This document shows, one piece after another, positions 36,588 through 46,517 of a stretch of 64,000 nt of DNA. How positions within the stretch are numbered: the stretch's first letter is position 1; each line of letters opens with the position of its first letter. The stretch is from an uncultured Clostridia bacterium (GTDB lineage: Bacteria; Bacillota; Clostridia; Christensenellales; UBA1242). Location: contig CALWPL010000002.1 in the NCBI GenBank assembly GCA_944383405.1, forward strand, positions 2,990-66,989, read 5' to 3'. A program made the translations under genes and the position numbers. The notes below the pieces were generated by a model. It was not told the DNA's origin and searched no databases. It worked only from the letters and a program-made list of their open reading frames with translations.

Positions 36588-36805
36588 TGAAAATAAAAGA
36601 TATTAGAAATTTGACTAACGAAGAATTAAATGCAAAGTTAGTTGAAGTTAAGACGGAATTGTTTAACCTAAGATTTCAGCATGCAACAGGAAATCTTGCA
36701 AATCCAATGCTTTTGAACTCTTTGAAAAAAGATATTGCAAAAATCAAAACTGTTCTTACCGAAAGAGAATTAAATATTAATTCTAATAAAAAGGTTAAGG
36801 CATAG
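36587..36805 (+). CDS. rpmC: 50S ribosomal protein L29
   Basis: LR.LT.EEL..KL.E.K.ELFNLRFQ.ATG.L.N. Confidence 0.94.
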   Translation: MKIKDIRNLTNEELNAKLVEVKTELFNLRFQHATGNLANPMLLNSLKKDIAKIKTVLTERELNINSNKKVKA

Positions 36806-36816
36806 GAGAGTAGAAC

Positions 36817-37077
36817 ATGGAAGAAATAAGAAATAATAGAAGAACAAAGATTGGGGTTGTTGTCAGTGATAAAATGCAGAAAACCTGCGTTGTTGCTGTT
36901 ACATCAAATGTTAAACACCCACTTTATAAAAAAGTCGTAAAGGTTACTAAGAAGTTTAAGGTGCATGACGAAAACAATGATTGCAAAGTTGGCGACACTG
37001 TTGAAATTATGGAAACTAGACCTATAAGCAAGGAAACACATTTTAGAGTTCTTAGAATTGTTGAGAGAGCAAAATAA
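36817..37077 (+). CDS. rpsQ: 30S ribosomal protein S17
   Basis: R....GVVVSDKM.KT.VV.V......HPLYKK......K...HDE.N....GD.V.I.E.RPISK. Confidence 0.95.
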   Translation: MEEIRNNRRTKIGVVVSDKMQKTCVVAVTSNVKHPLYKKVVKVTKKFKVHDENNDCKVGDTVEIMETRPISKETHFRVLRIVERAK

Positions 37078-37092
37078 TAGGAGGGAGTAAGT

Positions 37093-37461
37093 ATGATTCA
37101 ACCACAAACAAGGTTAAAAGTTGCCGATAATACTGGTGCGAAAGTTATTATGTGTATAAGAGTACTAGGTGGTTCATTTAGAAGAAGCGGTAACATTGGA
37201 GATGTAATTATTGCCTCTGTTAAAAAGGCAACGCCTGGCGGAGTTGTTAAAAAGGGCGATGTTGTCAAGGCAGTTATTGTGAGAACTAATAAAGGTGTTC
37301 AAAGAGTTGACGGGTCTTCTATTAAGTTTGACGACAATGCAGCAGTTATTATTGATAATCAAAAACAACCTCGTGGCACTCGTATTTTTGGACCTGTTGC
37401 TAGGGAACTAAGAGAAAATGGTTATATGAAGATTGTTTCTCTTGCTCCTGAGGTACTATAA
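37093..37461 (+). CDS. rplN: 50S ribosomal protein L14
   Basis: [17 protein letters not shown]...C I.VLGG is the canonical N-terminus. Confidence 0.97.
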   Translation: MIQPQTRLKVADNTGAKVIMCIRVLGGSFRRSGNIGDVIIASVKKATPGGVVKKGDVVKAVIVRTNKGVQRVDGSSIKFDDNAAVIIDNQKQPRGTRIFGPVARELRENGYMKIVSLAPEVL

Positions 37462-37476
37462 GGAGGAATGGACAAA

Positions 37477-37989
37477 ATGGCGAATATGAAAGTTAAAAAA
37501 GGCGATACAGTTGTCGTTCTGACAGGTAAAGAAAATGGTAAAACTGCAGAAGTTTTAGAGTGCTTTCCAAAGGAAGGAAAAGTAACAGTTAAAGGTCTTA
37601 ACATGATTGTTAAGCATAATAAGCCAAAGTCAGCACAAGATAAGGGCGGTATCGTAAGAAAAGAAGGAAAGATTGATTGTAGCAATGTTATGGTTGTTTG
37701 CCCAAATTGTAACAAGGCAACTAGAATTTCTATGTCAAGCGATGAAAAAGGAAATAAAGTTAGAGTTTGCAAAAAGTGTGGTGCAATACTTGATGCAAAG
37801 AAAGTAAAGGCAAGCAAGAAAGAGGATAAGAAGGCAGAACCTTCAAAGAAAACAACTTCAAAGAAAGCTACAAAAGAAAACAGTGAAGTTAAGGCAACAA
37901 AGACAGAAGAAGTAAAGAGTACAGAAAAGAAAGCAAAGTCGACAAGTGCTTCAAAAAAGAGCACAACTAAGAAAGCAACAGTTAAGTAG
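37477..37989 (+). CDS. rplX: 50S ribosomal protein L24 with CxxC...CxxC ribbon and ~65-aa Lys-rich C-terminal tail
   Basis: KOW core (KVKKGDTVVVLTGKENGK). Start chosen 10 nt after AGGAGG (37461-37466); ATG 37468 and ATG 37486 are in-frame alternatives. CPNC...CKKC lies where other L24s have no Cys, followed by the AKKVKASKKEDKK...KKATVK tail. Confidence 0.9.
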   Translation: MANMKVKKGDTVVVLTGKENGKTAEVLECFPKEGKVTVKGLNMIVKHNKPKSAQDKGGIVRKEGKIDCSNVMVVCPNCNKATRISMSSDEKGNKVRVCKKCGAILDAKKVKASKKEDKKAEPSKKTTSKKATKENSEVKATKTEEVKSTEKKAKSTSASKKSTTKKATVK

Positions 37990-37998
37990 GAGGAAGAG

Positions 37999-38562
37999 AT
38001 GGCAAGCAGTAAGAAAAAATATGCAAGACTACATGAAATGTATTTAAAGAATGTTGTTCCTGCATTGAAAAAAGAATATTCTTATAAAAATGTTATGGAA
38101 ATTCCTAAACTTGACAAGATTGTTGTGAGTATGGGACTTGGGCAGGTAAAGGATAATTCAAAGAGTTTTAATTTAGCACTTGATGAATTGACTCAGATAA
38201 CAGGGCAAAAAGCGGTGGCAACAACCGCAAGAAAGTCAATATCTAACTTTAAAGTTAGGGAAGGACAGAAAATTGGTGCAAAGGTTACTTTGAGAGGGGA
38301 TAAGATGTATGAGTTTTTAGATAGACTTATTGCTATTGCTCTCCCAAGGGTTAGGGATTTTAAGGGAGTTAATCCAAAATCTTTTGACGGAAGAGGTAAT
38401 TACTCTTTTGGAATAAAAGAACAGCTTATATTCCCAGAAATTTCTTATGAAAAAGTCGAAAAAGTCAGAGGTATGGATATTATCATTGTTACTACTGCCA
38501 AGACTGACAAAGAGGCATATTCACTACTTAGTTTACTTGGAATGCCTTTTGCAAAAAGATAA
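37999..38562 (+). CDS. rplE: 50S ribosomal protein L5
   Basis: [15 protein letters not shown]......K.......L..ITGQK...T.A.KSI..FK.R.G. Confidence 0.96.
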   Translation: MASSKKKYARLHEMYLKNVVPALKKEYSYKNVMEIPKLDKIVVSMGLGQVKDNSKSFNLALDELTQITGQKAVATTARKSISNFKVREGQKIGAKVTLRGDKMYEFLDRLIAIALPRVRDFKGVNPKSFDGRGNYSFGIKEQLIFPEISYEKVEKVRGMDIIIVTTAKTDKEAYSLLSLLGMPFAKR

Positions 38563-38591
38563 AATTTTTAGGATAGAAAAGGAAATTTATT

Positions 38592-38777
38592 ATGGCAAGA
38601 AAAGCGATGATTAACAAACAACAAAGGAAGCAAAAATATTCAACAAGAGAATATACGAGGTGCTCAATTTGTGGCAGACCACATGCAGTACTTAAAAAAT
38701 ATGGAATTTGCAGAATTTGTTTTAGAAATTTAGCCTACAAAGGAGAAATCCCTGGCGTTAAAAAGTCTAGTTGGTAA
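38592..38777 (+). CDS. rpsN: 30S ribosomal protein S14, zinc-binding type Z (61 aa)
   Basis: [22 protein letters not shown], with the short form typical of spc operons. Confidence 0.95.
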   Translation: MARKAMINKQQRKQKYSTREYTRCSICGRPHAVLKKYGICRICFRNLAYKGEIPGVKKSSW

Positions 38778-38793
38778 TAAAGGAGAGAGAAAG

Positions 38794-39192
38794 ATGATAG
38801 TTACAGACCCAGTTGCAGATATGCTTACAAGAATAAGAAATGCTTTGACTATTAGAAGACAAGAGGTTAGCGTTCCTGCATCAAAGACAAAAAAGGCAAT
38901 TGCCGAAATTCTTTTTAACGAAGGCTATATTGAAAAGTACGAAATCGTTGATGACGGTAAGTACAAGTCTATAAAGATGACTTTGAAATATGGACCTAAT
39001 GGCGAAAAGGTTATTCAAGGTTTGAAGAGAATATCAAAGCCTGGACTTAGGGTATATGCCGAAAGTAAAGATATTCCACTTGTTTTGAATGGTCTTGGCA
39101 TTGCAATAGTTTCAACAAATAAAGGAATTATGACGGATAAAGAGGCTAGACGCCAAAATGTTGGTGGCGAAGTCTTGGCTTTCGTTTGGTAA
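38794..39192 (+). CDS. rpsH: 30S ribosomal protein S8
   Basis: [14 protein letters not shown]...GGEVLAFVW. Confidence 0.97.
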   Translation: MIVTDPVADMLTRIRNALTIRRQEVSVPASKTKKAIAEILFNEGYIEKYEIVDDGKYKSIKMTLKYGPNGEKVIQGLKRISKPGLRVYAESKDIPLVLNGLGIAIVSTNKGIMTDKEARRQNVGGEVLAFVW

Positions 39193-39207
39193 AAGGGGGA
39201 TAGGAAA

Positions 39208-39753
39208 ATGTCTAGAATTGGAAGAATGCCGGTTAATATACCAGACGGAGTTAATGTCAGTGTAAGTGATGATAATGTTGTTACTGTAAGTGGGAAATTG
39301 GGAACTTTATCTCAAAAGGTTGATAGGCTTATCAAAGTTGAGATAAAAGATAAAGAAGTTATACTTACAAGACCTAATGATTCATCAGATTGCAAGGCAA
39401 AACATGGACTATATAGAATGCTTGTTTTCAACATGGTTAAGGGTGTGTCAGAAGGTTTTTCAAGAACACTTGTTATTAATGGTGTTGGTTATAGGGCAAC
39501 AAAGCAAGGTAATAAAGTGGTTATGAGTTTAGGTTTTTCTCATCCTGTTGAAGTTGAGGAAACAGATGGAATAACTCTTGAATGCCCTGATGCAACAACT
39601 ATTGTTGTTAAGGGGATTTCAAAAGAAAAGGTCGGACAATTTGCTGCAATGGTGAGAGGTTTAAGACCTGTTGAACCATATCATGCTTATGGCATTAGAT
39701 ATGATGATGAAGTAGTAATAAGAAAAGTCGGAAAAGTTTCAGGTAAGAAATAA
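39208..39753 (+). CDS. rplF: 50S ribosomal protein L6
   Basis: MSRIGRMPV.IP.GV.V......V.V.G.LG. Confidence 0.96.
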   Translation: MSRIGRMPVNIPDGVNVSVSDDNVVTVSGKLGTLSQKVDRLIKVEIKDKEVILTRPNDSSDCKAKHGLYRMLVFNMVKGVSEGFSRTLVINGVGYRATKQGNKVVMSLGFSHPVEVEETDGITLECPDATTIVVKGISKEKVGQFAAMVRGLRPVEPYHAYGIRYDDEVVIRKVGKVSGKK

Positions 39754-39771
39754 ACTTAACGGAGAGAGAAA

Positions 39772-40140
39772 ATGATTAGTAAATTAAACAAGAACGCTCA
39801 GAGAAAAAATCGTCATTTGAGAGTTAGAAAAAAAGTTTTTGGCACAAAGAAAGTACCTAGACTTAATGTTTATAGAAGCACAACAAATATTTATGCACAA
39901 ATTATCGACGACGATAAAGCTGTAACTCTTTGTAGTGCGTCAACTCTTTCTAAGGAACTTGCTGAAACTTTAAAAAATAAAACAAAGAGCGAACAGGCTT
40001 TTGCTGTTGGAGAACTTATTGGTAAAACTGCTATTAAAAAAGGTATTAAGAGTGTAGTTTTTGATAGAGGCGGATATTTGTATACTGGTAGGATTAAGGA
40101 ACTCGCAGAAGGTGCTAGAAAGGCAGGTTTGAAGTTCTAA
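39772..40140 (+). CDS. rplR: 50S ribosomal protein L18
   Basis: R..RH.R.RKK..GT...PRL.VYRS...IYAQ.IDD...VFDRGGY.Y.GR.K.LA.GAR..GL.F. Confidence 0.96.
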   Translation: MISKLNKNAQRKNRHLRVRKKVFGTKKVPRLNVYRSTTNIYAQIIDDDKAVTLCSASTLSKELAETLKNKTKSEQAFAVGELIGKTAIKKGIKSVVFDRGGYLYTGRIKELAEGARKAGLKF

Positions 40141-40151
40141 TGGAGGAAAAT

Positions 40152-40817
40152 ATGAAAGAAGAAGTTTTACAAGAAAATCAAGTTAGCGAAGTTCAAGCAA
40201 ATAGTGAACAAGCAACTGTTGAGGCAACTGAAAGTAAACCTGCAAAGGTTGAAAAGAGAACTGTAAGAAGTCAAAACGACAGCAAGCCTTCAAATAAAAA
40301 ATTTGATAGAAAGAGAGCTGAAAAGCCTGAATCAAGAAGAGAAGATAGTGAGTTTGATAAAAAACTTGTTGAAGTTAGGCGTGTAGCAAAGGTTGTTAAA
40401 GGCGGTAGGACAATGAGATTTAGTGCGCTTGTTGTTGTAGGTAATAAAAATGGTCTTGTTGGTATGGGAATTGGTAAGGCTAATGAAGTTCCAGAGGCTG
40501 TTGAAAAGGCAACTGCTGCTGCTAAAAAGAGTTTAATATCTGTTCCAATCGTTGGCACAACAATACCACACGATGTTATAGGTAAATATAGCTCATCAAG
40601 TGTTCACATGTTCTCAGCTCCACAAGGTACAGGTGTTATCGCAGGTGGAAGTGCTAGGGCAGTTATAGAACTTGCAGGAATAAAAGATATTGTTACAAAA
40701 TCTCATGGTTCTAATAATAAAATTAATGGTGTTAGGGCTACGGTTGAAGGTTTGAAGTTATTAAGAACCAGAGAAGAGATTGCAGCACTTCGTGGAAAGT
40801 CTGTTGAAGAAATTTAG
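40152..40817 (+). CDS. rpsE: 30S ribosomal protein S5 with ~55-60 aa charged N-terminal extension
   Basis: Start chosen 5 nt after GGAGG (40142-40146); ATG 40140 is an in-frame alternative. The core [41 protein letters not shown] begins only around residue 75. Confidence 0.92.
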   Translation: MKEEVLQENQVSEVQANSEQATVEATESKPAKVEKRTVRSQNDSKPSNKKFDRKRAEKPESRREDSEFDKKLVEVRRVAKVVKGGRTMRFSALVVVGNKNGLVGMGIGKANEVPEAVEKATAAAKKSLISVPIVGTTIPHDVIGKYSSSSVHMFSAPQGTGVIAGGSARAVIELAGIKDIVTKSHGSNNKINGVRATVEGLKLLRTREEIAALRGKSVEEI

Positions 40818-40836
40818 TAGCTTAGGGAGAAGAAAA

Positions 40837-41055
40837 ATGGAAAAAAAGAAAAAAAGTAAAAAAGCAGAAAGCAATGGAAGGCTTAAAGTTACTTATATTA
40901 GAAGTGTTATTGGTTTTGATAAGAGACAAGCAAAAATTCTTGAAGCACTAGGTCTTACAAAACTTAACACAACAAAGATTTTCCCTAACAATGATTGTAT
41001 TAAGGGAAGCCTTTTTAAAGTAAAACATTTGGTTAAAGTTGAGGAAATTGACTAA
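40837..41055 (+). CDS. rpmD: 50S ribosomal protein L30 (with short Lys-rich N-terminal extension)
   Basis: Start set at the ATG after AGGGAGAAG; the ORF-track start 40780 lies inside rpsE. LKVTYIRSVIG....Q...L.ALGL.K. Confidence 0.9.
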   Translation: MEKKKKSKKAESNGRLKVTYIRSVIGFDKRQAKILEALGLTKLNTTKIFPNNDCIKGSLFKVKHLVKVEEID

Positions 41056-41082
41056 AACCAGAAAATCATAAGGAGAAATAAA

Positions 41083-41529
41083 ATGAACATTCAATCATTG
41101 AGACCTGCGGAAAATTCTAGATTTTCACAAAAAAGACTTGGCAGAGGTATTGGCAGTGGTGTTGGTAAAACAAGTGGGAAAGGTCATAAAGGACAAAATG
41201 CCAGAAGCGGGGGCGGAGTTAGGGTAGGTTTTGAAGGCGGTCAAATGCCTTTAATTAGAAAATTACCTAGAAGAGGTTTTACAAATGCTCCTTTTAGGAA
41301 AGAATACTCTATTATTAATGTTTCCGATCTTAACAAGTTTGACGACAATACTGTTGTTGATGCAAAAGTTTTACTTGAAAATGGAATTATTTCTAAGGTA
41401 GAAAATTATGGCGTAAAAGTACTTGGGAATGGCGAATTAACAAAAAAACTTACTGTTAGAGCAAGCAAGTTCTCAGAAAGTGCTAAGAAGAAGATAATTA
41501 ATGCAAATGGTACCGTTGAGGAGGTATAA
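41083..41529 (+). CDS. rplO: 50S ribosomal protein L15
   Basis: L.P......[26 protein letters not shown]. Confidence 0.96.
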   Translation: MNIQSLRPAENSRFSQKRLGRGIGSGVGKTSGKGHKGQNARSGGGVRVGFEGGQMPLIRKLPRRGFTNAPFRKEYSIINVSDLNKFDDNTVVDAKVLLENGIISKVENYGVKVLGNGELTKKLTVRASKFSESAKKKIINANGTVEEV

Positions 41530-42833
41530 TGTTTAAAACTCTAAAAGAAGCATTTAAAATTAAAGATGTAAGAAGGAAAATTCTAATTACTTTGTTGTTG
41601 CTTCTTATTTATAGAATTGGTTGTTGGTTACCTACTCCTGGTATTGCTCTTGGCACATATCAAGAGGCGGTAAGTGCTGGCGGAGATTTCTTATCTGTTA
41701 TTAGTGCTGTCAGTGGTAGTGCACTTGCAAATGGTGCTTTGCTTGCACTAGGTGTCGTTCCTTATATTAATGCATCAATTATTATGCAATTACTTACTGT
41801 TGCTATTCCACCACTTGAAAGACTTTCAAAACAAGGGGAAGAAGGCAAAAAGAAAATTTCAATGTATACAAGGATTTGCGCACTTATTCTTGCAATAATT
41901 CAAAGTATTGGTATTGTTGTTGGATTTGGGGTTGACAGCCTTGACACAAGTGTTTTCTTTGGTTCGGCGTTTGCAACAGGAGCGGTTGTTGTGTGTATTC
42001 TAGTAGCGGGAGCTATGTTTACTGTATGGCTCGGTGAAAAAATTACTGCACTTGGCGTTGGTAACGGATTATCATTATTAATATTTGTTGGTCTATTGTC
42101 ATCTGCTGGTACTGCAATATTTAATACAATTGCTGGCATTTCTAGTACAAACCTTGAAAATATTTGGACACTTTTAATATTCCTTTTAATGCTTGTGCTT
42201 ATATTTGGCTTTATCGTTTGGATTGATAGTGCTGAAAGGAGAATTCCAGTTCAATATGCAAAGCAGATTAAGGGAAGAAAGATGTATGGCGGACAGAACA
42301 CTAATATTCCAATAAAGATTAATGCCTCAGGTGTTATGCCAATCATTTTTGCAACAGCAATTATTAGTTTTCCACAACTTATTATGAGTATTTTCTGGTA
42401 TAGTACAGAAGAAGGTAGTGCTTATATGTGGTATGCTGAGAATTTGGGTGCCGGAACCTGGCCATATGTAATAATTGTTGCAGCGCTTATACTACTATTT
42501 TCATACTTTTACTCAACTATTAGTTTTAATCCAGAAGATATCTCGCGACAAATTCAACAAAATGGTGGGTTTATTCCTGGATACAGGGCAGGAAAACCAA
42601 CAGCGGACTATTTAAAAAAGGTTTCAAATAGAATTACGCTTTGGGGTGCGATTTTCCTAGCACTTATTGCTCTTGTACCAAGTTTTATATTCAGTCTTAT
42701 TGGAAGCTCAGGCTCGCTGATAAATGCATTTAGCGCGACTGGATTACTAATTGTTGTATCTGTTGCACTTGAAATTGATAAACAACTTGAAGCACAATTA
42801 CTTATGAGAAATTATAAAGGGTTTTTAAAATAA
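41529..42833 (+). CDS. secY: Preprotein translocase subunit SecY
   Basis: 434 aa with 10 hydrophobic segments. Motifs R.KILITLLLL.IYRIG...P.PGI and GGFIPG.R.G..T, in the conserved operon position. Confidence 0.96.
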   Translation: MFKTLKEAFKIKDVRRKILITLLLLLIYRIGCWLPTPGIALGTYQEAVSAGGDFLSVISAVSGSALANGALLALGVVPYINASIIMQLLTVAIPPLERLSKQGEEGKKKISMYTRICALILAIIQSIGIVVGFGVDSLDTSVFFGSAFATGAVVVCILVAGAMFTVWLGEKITALGVGNGLSLLIFVGLLSSAGTAIFNTIAGISSTNLENIWTLLIFLLMLVLIFGFIVWIDSAERRIPVQYAKQIKGRKMYGGQNTNIPIKINASGVMPIIFATAIISFPQLIMSIFWYSTEEGSAYMWYAENLGAGTWPYVIIVAALILLFSYFYSTISFNPEDISRQIQQNGGFIPGYRAGKPTADYLKKVSNRITLWGAIFLALIALVPSFIFSLIGSSGSLINAFSATGLLIVVSVALEIDKQLEAQLLMRNYKGFLK

Positions 42834-42844
42834 GGGAGTAGAAG

Positions 42845-43471
42845 ATGAAAATTGTTTTACTTGGCCCACCAGGAAGTGGTAAGGGTACTCAGGCTAATAT
42901 AATTTGTCAAAAGTATAACTTACCACATATTTCAACTGGTGATATTTTTAGAAGCAATATTAGTCAGGGAACACCACTTGGCAAAAAGGTTAAGGAATAT
43001 ATTGATAGTGGCTCACTTGTTCCAGATGAACTTACAATTTCTATTGTTGAGGATAGATTAAGGCAAGATGATTGCAAAGACGGATTTGTACTAGATGGGT
43101 TCCCAAGAGTACTTTCACAGGCAATAGCACTTGATAAAATTGTAAATCTTGATAAGGCAATTATGATTGATTTATCCGATGAAGAAATTGTTAGAAGATT
43201 ATCTGGGAGAAGAATGTGTAAAAAATGTGGTAATCCAACGCATATTGATTGGCTCAAAAATGGCAAATGTGAAAAATGTGGCGGAGAAGTTTATGTAAGA
43301 GATGATGACAAAGAAGAGACAGTTAAAGCGAGACTTGCTAAACAAAAATTACCACAGGAAGTTATTGACTTTTATATCAAAAAGGGTATTTATGCAAAGG
43401 TAAGTGCTCTTGACACGAAAGAAAAGACATTTGAAAAAGTAGATAGTATACTTCGTGAGATTAAAAAGTGA
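42845..43471 (+). CDS. adk: Adenylate kinase (4-Cys zinc lid)
   Basis: LLGPPGSGKGTQA P-loop, and a lid with CKKCG...CEKCGG. Confidence 0.96.
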   Translation: MKIVLLGPPGSGKGTQANIICQKYNLPHISTGDIFRSNISQGTPLGKKVKEYIDSGSLVPDELTISIVEDRLRQDDCKDGFVLDGFPRVLSQAIALDKIVNLDKAIMIDLSDEEIVRRLSGRRMCKKCGNPTHIDWLKNGKCEKCGGEVYVRDDDKEETVKARLAKQKLPQEVIDFYIKKGIYAKVSALDTKEKTFEKVDSILREIKK

Positions 43472-44214
43472 GTGATTGTATGATTAAAATTAAAACCGAC
43501 AAAGAAATAGAAATCATGCGTAAGGCTGGTGAGATTACAAAAAATACATTGCTTGAAGTTGAAAAATATATAAAACCTGGTGTTACGACAAGAGAACTTA
43601 ACAAGATTGCTCATGATTATATTGTAAAACATAATGCTCGTCCATCTTTTCTTCACTATGGTGGATTTCCTGCTTCAATTTGTGCGTCTGTAAATGATGT
43701 CGTTGTTCATGGATTTCCAAATGATGAACCTTTAAAAGAAGGAGACATTATAAGTATTGATGTTGGGGCTTGCTATGAAGGTTATCATGGTGATAGTGCA
43801 AGAACATTTGCGGTTGGCAAAATAGACGAGATAAAGCAAAAACTTATTGATGTAACAAAACAAAGTTTTTTTGAAGGAATTAAAGGTATTAAGGCGGGAA
43901 GTAGAGTTGGCGATATTTCTTCACAAGTTCAGAACTATGTTGAAAAATATGGTTTTGGAGTGGTAAGGGATATGGTAGGACATGGTGTAGGCAGAAATCT
44001 TCATGAAGACCCTAATGTTCCAAATTATGGCTATGCAGGACTTGGACCTGTGCTTAAAAAAAACATGGTAATTGCTGTTGAACCTATGGTTACTATGGGA
44101 GATTATCATATTAATATAAATGGCTGGGATGTAAGGACTGTTGATGGATCAGTCGCTGCGCACTACGAAAATACCATTCTTATTACTGAAACTGGGGTTG
44201 AAATTTTAACATAA
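43468..44214 (+). CDS. map: Methionine aminopeptidase type I
   Basis: IKTDKEIEIMRKAG, metal ligands in DVGA.Y.GYHGD, HG.GR..HE and EPM context. GTG start overlapping the adk TGA (GTGA); ATG 43480 is an alternative start. Confidence 0.93.
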   Translation: MSDCMIKIKTDKEIEIMRKAGEITKNTLLEVEKYIKPGVTTRELNKIAHDYIVKHNARPSFLHYGGFPASICASVNDVVVHGFPNDEPLKEGDIISIDVGACYEGYHGDSARTFAVGKIDEIKQKLIDVTKQSFFEGIKGIKAGSRVGDISSQVQNYVEKYGFGVVRDMVGHGVGRNLHEDPNVPNYGYAGLGPVLKKNMVIAVEPMVTMGDYHININGWDVRTVDGSVAAHYENTILITETGVEILT

Positions 44215-44234
44215 ACTTAAAAAAGGAGAAAATT

Positions 44235-44474
44235 GTGCTTGAAATAGGAGATGTTGTTGAATCAATTAAAGGGCATGACAAGGGAAGGGTTTATATTATT
44301 TTTGATATTAGTGGCGAATTTGCATATCTTGTTGATGGCGAGTATAGAAAAAAGGATAAGCCTAAGAAAAAGAGACTCAAACATTTAAAGAATAAATTTA
44401 TCAAGTACAATTCAAATAAAGAATTAAAAAGTTTATATGATTATGAAATATCAACTTTTTTAAGACAGTTATAA
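44235..44474 (+). CDS. KOW-domain RNA-binding protein (map-infA spacer gene of Firmicutes)
   Basis: GTG start after AAAAGGAGAA. GDVVESIKGHDKGRVYII KOW-like motif followed by a basic KKDKPKKKRLKHL segment. Confidence 0.65.
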   Translation: MLEIGDVVESIKGHDKGRVYIIFDISGEFAYLVDGEYRKKDKPKKKRLKHLKNKFIKYNSNKELKSLYDYEISTFLRQL

Positions 44475-44521
44475 CAAAATGCACAAAATTTGAAAATTTC
44501 TATTGAAAAAAAGGAGAAATT

Positions 44522-44746
44522 ATGCCAAAATCAGATTGTTTGGAAACAGAAGGAGTTGTTACTGATGTTTTGCCAAATGCGACCTTTAAGGTTAAACTTC
44601 AAAATGGGCATATCATTACTTGCTATATTTCTGGAAAACTTAGAATGAATTTTATAAAGATTCTTGAAGGGGATTTAGTGAAAGTCGAAATGAGTCCTTA
44701 TGATTTGACGAAGGGTAGAATTATTTGGAGAAGTAAATCAAATTAA
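44522..44746 (+). CDS. infA: Translation initiation factor IF-1
   Basis: E.EG.V...LPNA.F.V.L.NGH...[28 protein letters not shown]. Confidence 0.97.
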   Translation: MPKSDCLETEGVVTDVLPNATFKVKLQNGHIITCYISGKLRMNFIKILEGDLVKVEMSPYDLTKGRIIWRSKSN

Positions 44747-44767
44747 TTTATACAAGGAGAAAGAAAA

Positions 44768-44881
44768 ATGAAAGTTAGACCATCTGTAAAACCTATTTGT
44801 GATAAATGCAAGGTTATTAAAAGAGAAGGGAAAGTTATGGTAATATGCCCAAATAAAAAGCATAAACAAACACAAGGCTAG
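44768..44881 (+). CDS. rpmJ: 50S ribosomal protein L36 (zinc-binding form; 37 aa, below the ORF-track cutoff)
   Basis: Hand translation gives [48 protein letters not shown], in the conserved position after infA. Confidence 0.93.
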   Translation: MKVRPSVKPICDKCKVIKREGKVMVICPNKKHKQTQG

Positions 44882-45000
44882 AAAACAACACATCACAGGC
44901 GGCTGTTTTGTTTTTTTGTGAATATGAGCATATTTGCATATAAGAACAAAATCTGTGAAGTGAAGATATATATTTTAAATTTTGTTTATTTTAAACAGAA

Positions 45001-45050
45001 TTTTACATGGGATTTCAACTTGTAAAATGACAGGTTGTTTCCGTTTTTAC
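45001..45050 (+). promoter_or_regulatory. Alternative hairpins in the rpmJ-rpsM spacer (possible alpha-operon leader)
   Basis: ttttaca (45001-45007) pairs with tgtaaaa (45021-45027). The same gtaaaa (45022-45027) can instead pair with ttttac (45045-45050). Confidence 0.3.
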
Positions 45051-45083
45051 AATTATTATGATTATAAATATGGAGGAATAATT

Positions 45084-45452
45084 ATGGCTCGTATCGCTGG
45101 TGTTGATTTACCAAACGAGAAAAGGCTTGAAATTGGACTTACCTACATAAAAGGCATAGGTAGGGTTACAAGCAACAAAATTTTGAAGGAAACAAAAATC
45201 AGCCCTGACATTCGTGTAAAAGATTTAAGTGAAGAGCAAGTTGCTGTACTTAGAAGTTACATTGAAAAGAACCTTACTGTTGAGGGCGATTTAACAAGGG
45301 AAGTATCCCTTAATATTAAGGCATTGTCTGAAATAGGTTGTTATAGGGGAATTAGACATCGTAAAGGGTTACCTGTTAGAGGACAAAGTACAAAACAAAA
45401 TGCAAGAACAAGAAAAGGTCCAAAGAGGACTGTTGCTAAAAAGAAAAAGTAA
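45084..45452 (+). CDS. rpsM: 30S ribosomal protein S13
   Basis: Start set at [10 protein letters not shown] after GGAGG; the ORF-track extension from 44982 has no support. Confidence 0.96.
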   Translation: MARIAGVDLPNEKRLEIGLTYIKGIGRVTSNKILKETKISPDIRVKDLSEEQVAVLRSYIEKNLTVEGDLTREVSLNIKALSEIGCYRGIRHRKGLPVRGQSTKQNARTRKGPKRTVAKKKK

Positions 45453-45477
45453 AGTAAGGGGGATGTAAAGATTAAAA

Positions 45478-45867
45478 ATGGCAAATAAAAAAGTTGTTAA
45501 AAGAAAAAAGCAAACTAAAAATATTGACAAGGGGCAAGTTCATATTCAGGCTTCTTTCAATAATACATTAGTTACATTTACAGACCTTGCTGGAAATACT
45601 CTCTCTTGGTCAAGTGCTGGTTCTCTTGGATTTAGAGGAGCAAGAAAGAGTACGCCTTTTGCAGCAACTCAGGCTGTTGAAACTGCTGCAAAACTTGCAA
45701 AAGAACAAGGTTTAAAATCAGTCGAAGTTTATGTTAAAGGACCTGGCAATGGTAGAGAGGCTGCGATTAGGGCACTTAGCACTGCTGAACTTAATGTTAC
45801 AAAGATTAGTGATGTGTCTCCTATTCCACATAATGGTTGCCGTCCTCCTAAGAAGAGAAGGATTTAA
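45478..45867 (+). CDS. rpsK: 30S ribosomal protein S11
   Basis: G..HI.ASFNNT.VT.TD..GN...[15 protein letters not shown]....[15 protein letters not shown]. Confidence 0.97.
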   Translation: MANKKVVKRKKQTKNIDKGQVHIQASFNNTLVTFTDLAGNTLSWSSAGSLGFRGARKSTPFAATQAVETAAKLAKEQGLKSVEVYVKGPGNGREAAIRALSTAELNVTKISDVSPIPHNGCRPPKKRRI

Positions 45868-45882
45868 GAGGAGAAAGAGAAA

Positions 45883-46503
45883 ATGGCAAAATATACTGAT
45901 GCAGATTGCAGACTTTGCAGAAGAGAAGGTTGTAAACTTTTCTTAAAAGGGGACAGATGTATCTCTCCAAAGTGTGCTATGGAAAAAAGGCCAGTTGTTC
46001 CTGGACAACATGGTTTAGGTCGTAAAAAGGTTACAGATTACGGTCAACAATTAAGAGAAAAACAAAAAGTTAAGCGTGCCTATGGTCTTCTTGAGAAGCA
46101 GTTTAGAGGTTATTATGAAAAGGCAACTCGTATGAAAGGGGTTGTTGGCGAAAATATGCTTAGTTTACTTGAAAGAAGACTTGATAATGTTGTTTACAGA
46201 CTTGGAATTGGCGACAGCAGAAGTGAAAGCAGGCAAGTTGTAAATCATGGACATATTTGTGTTAATGGAAAAACTGTAAATATTCCATCATATCTTGTAA
46301 AAGTTGGAGATGAAATTACTATTAAGGAAAGCAGTAGAAATCTTCCTAAGTTTGCACAACTAAAAGATATGAAAATTGTTGTTCCAAAATGGTTAGAATT
46401 TAATACGAATACTATGGTTGGTAAAATTATTGCATTGCCAAAGAGAGATGACATTGACTTGAACATTCAAGAACATATGATTATCGAGTTGTATTCAAGG
46501 TAA
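45883..46503 (+). CDS. rpsD: 30S ribosomal protein S4 (Cys-containing N-terminal zinc-finger form)
   Basis: [26 protein letters not shown] and the S4 domain [11 protein letters not shown]. Confidence 0.96.
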   Translation: MAKYTDADCRLCRREGCKLFLKGDRCISPKCAMEKRPVVPGQHGLGRKKVTDYGQQLREKQKVKRAYGLLEKQFRGYYEKATRMKGVVGENMLSLLERRLDNVVYRLGIGDSRSESRQVVNHGHICVNGKTVNIPSYLVKVGDEITIKESSRNLPKFAQLKDMKIVVPKWLEFNTNTMVGKIIALPKRDDIDLNIQEHMIIELYSR

Positions 46504-46517
46504 GGAGGAAGTTTTCT

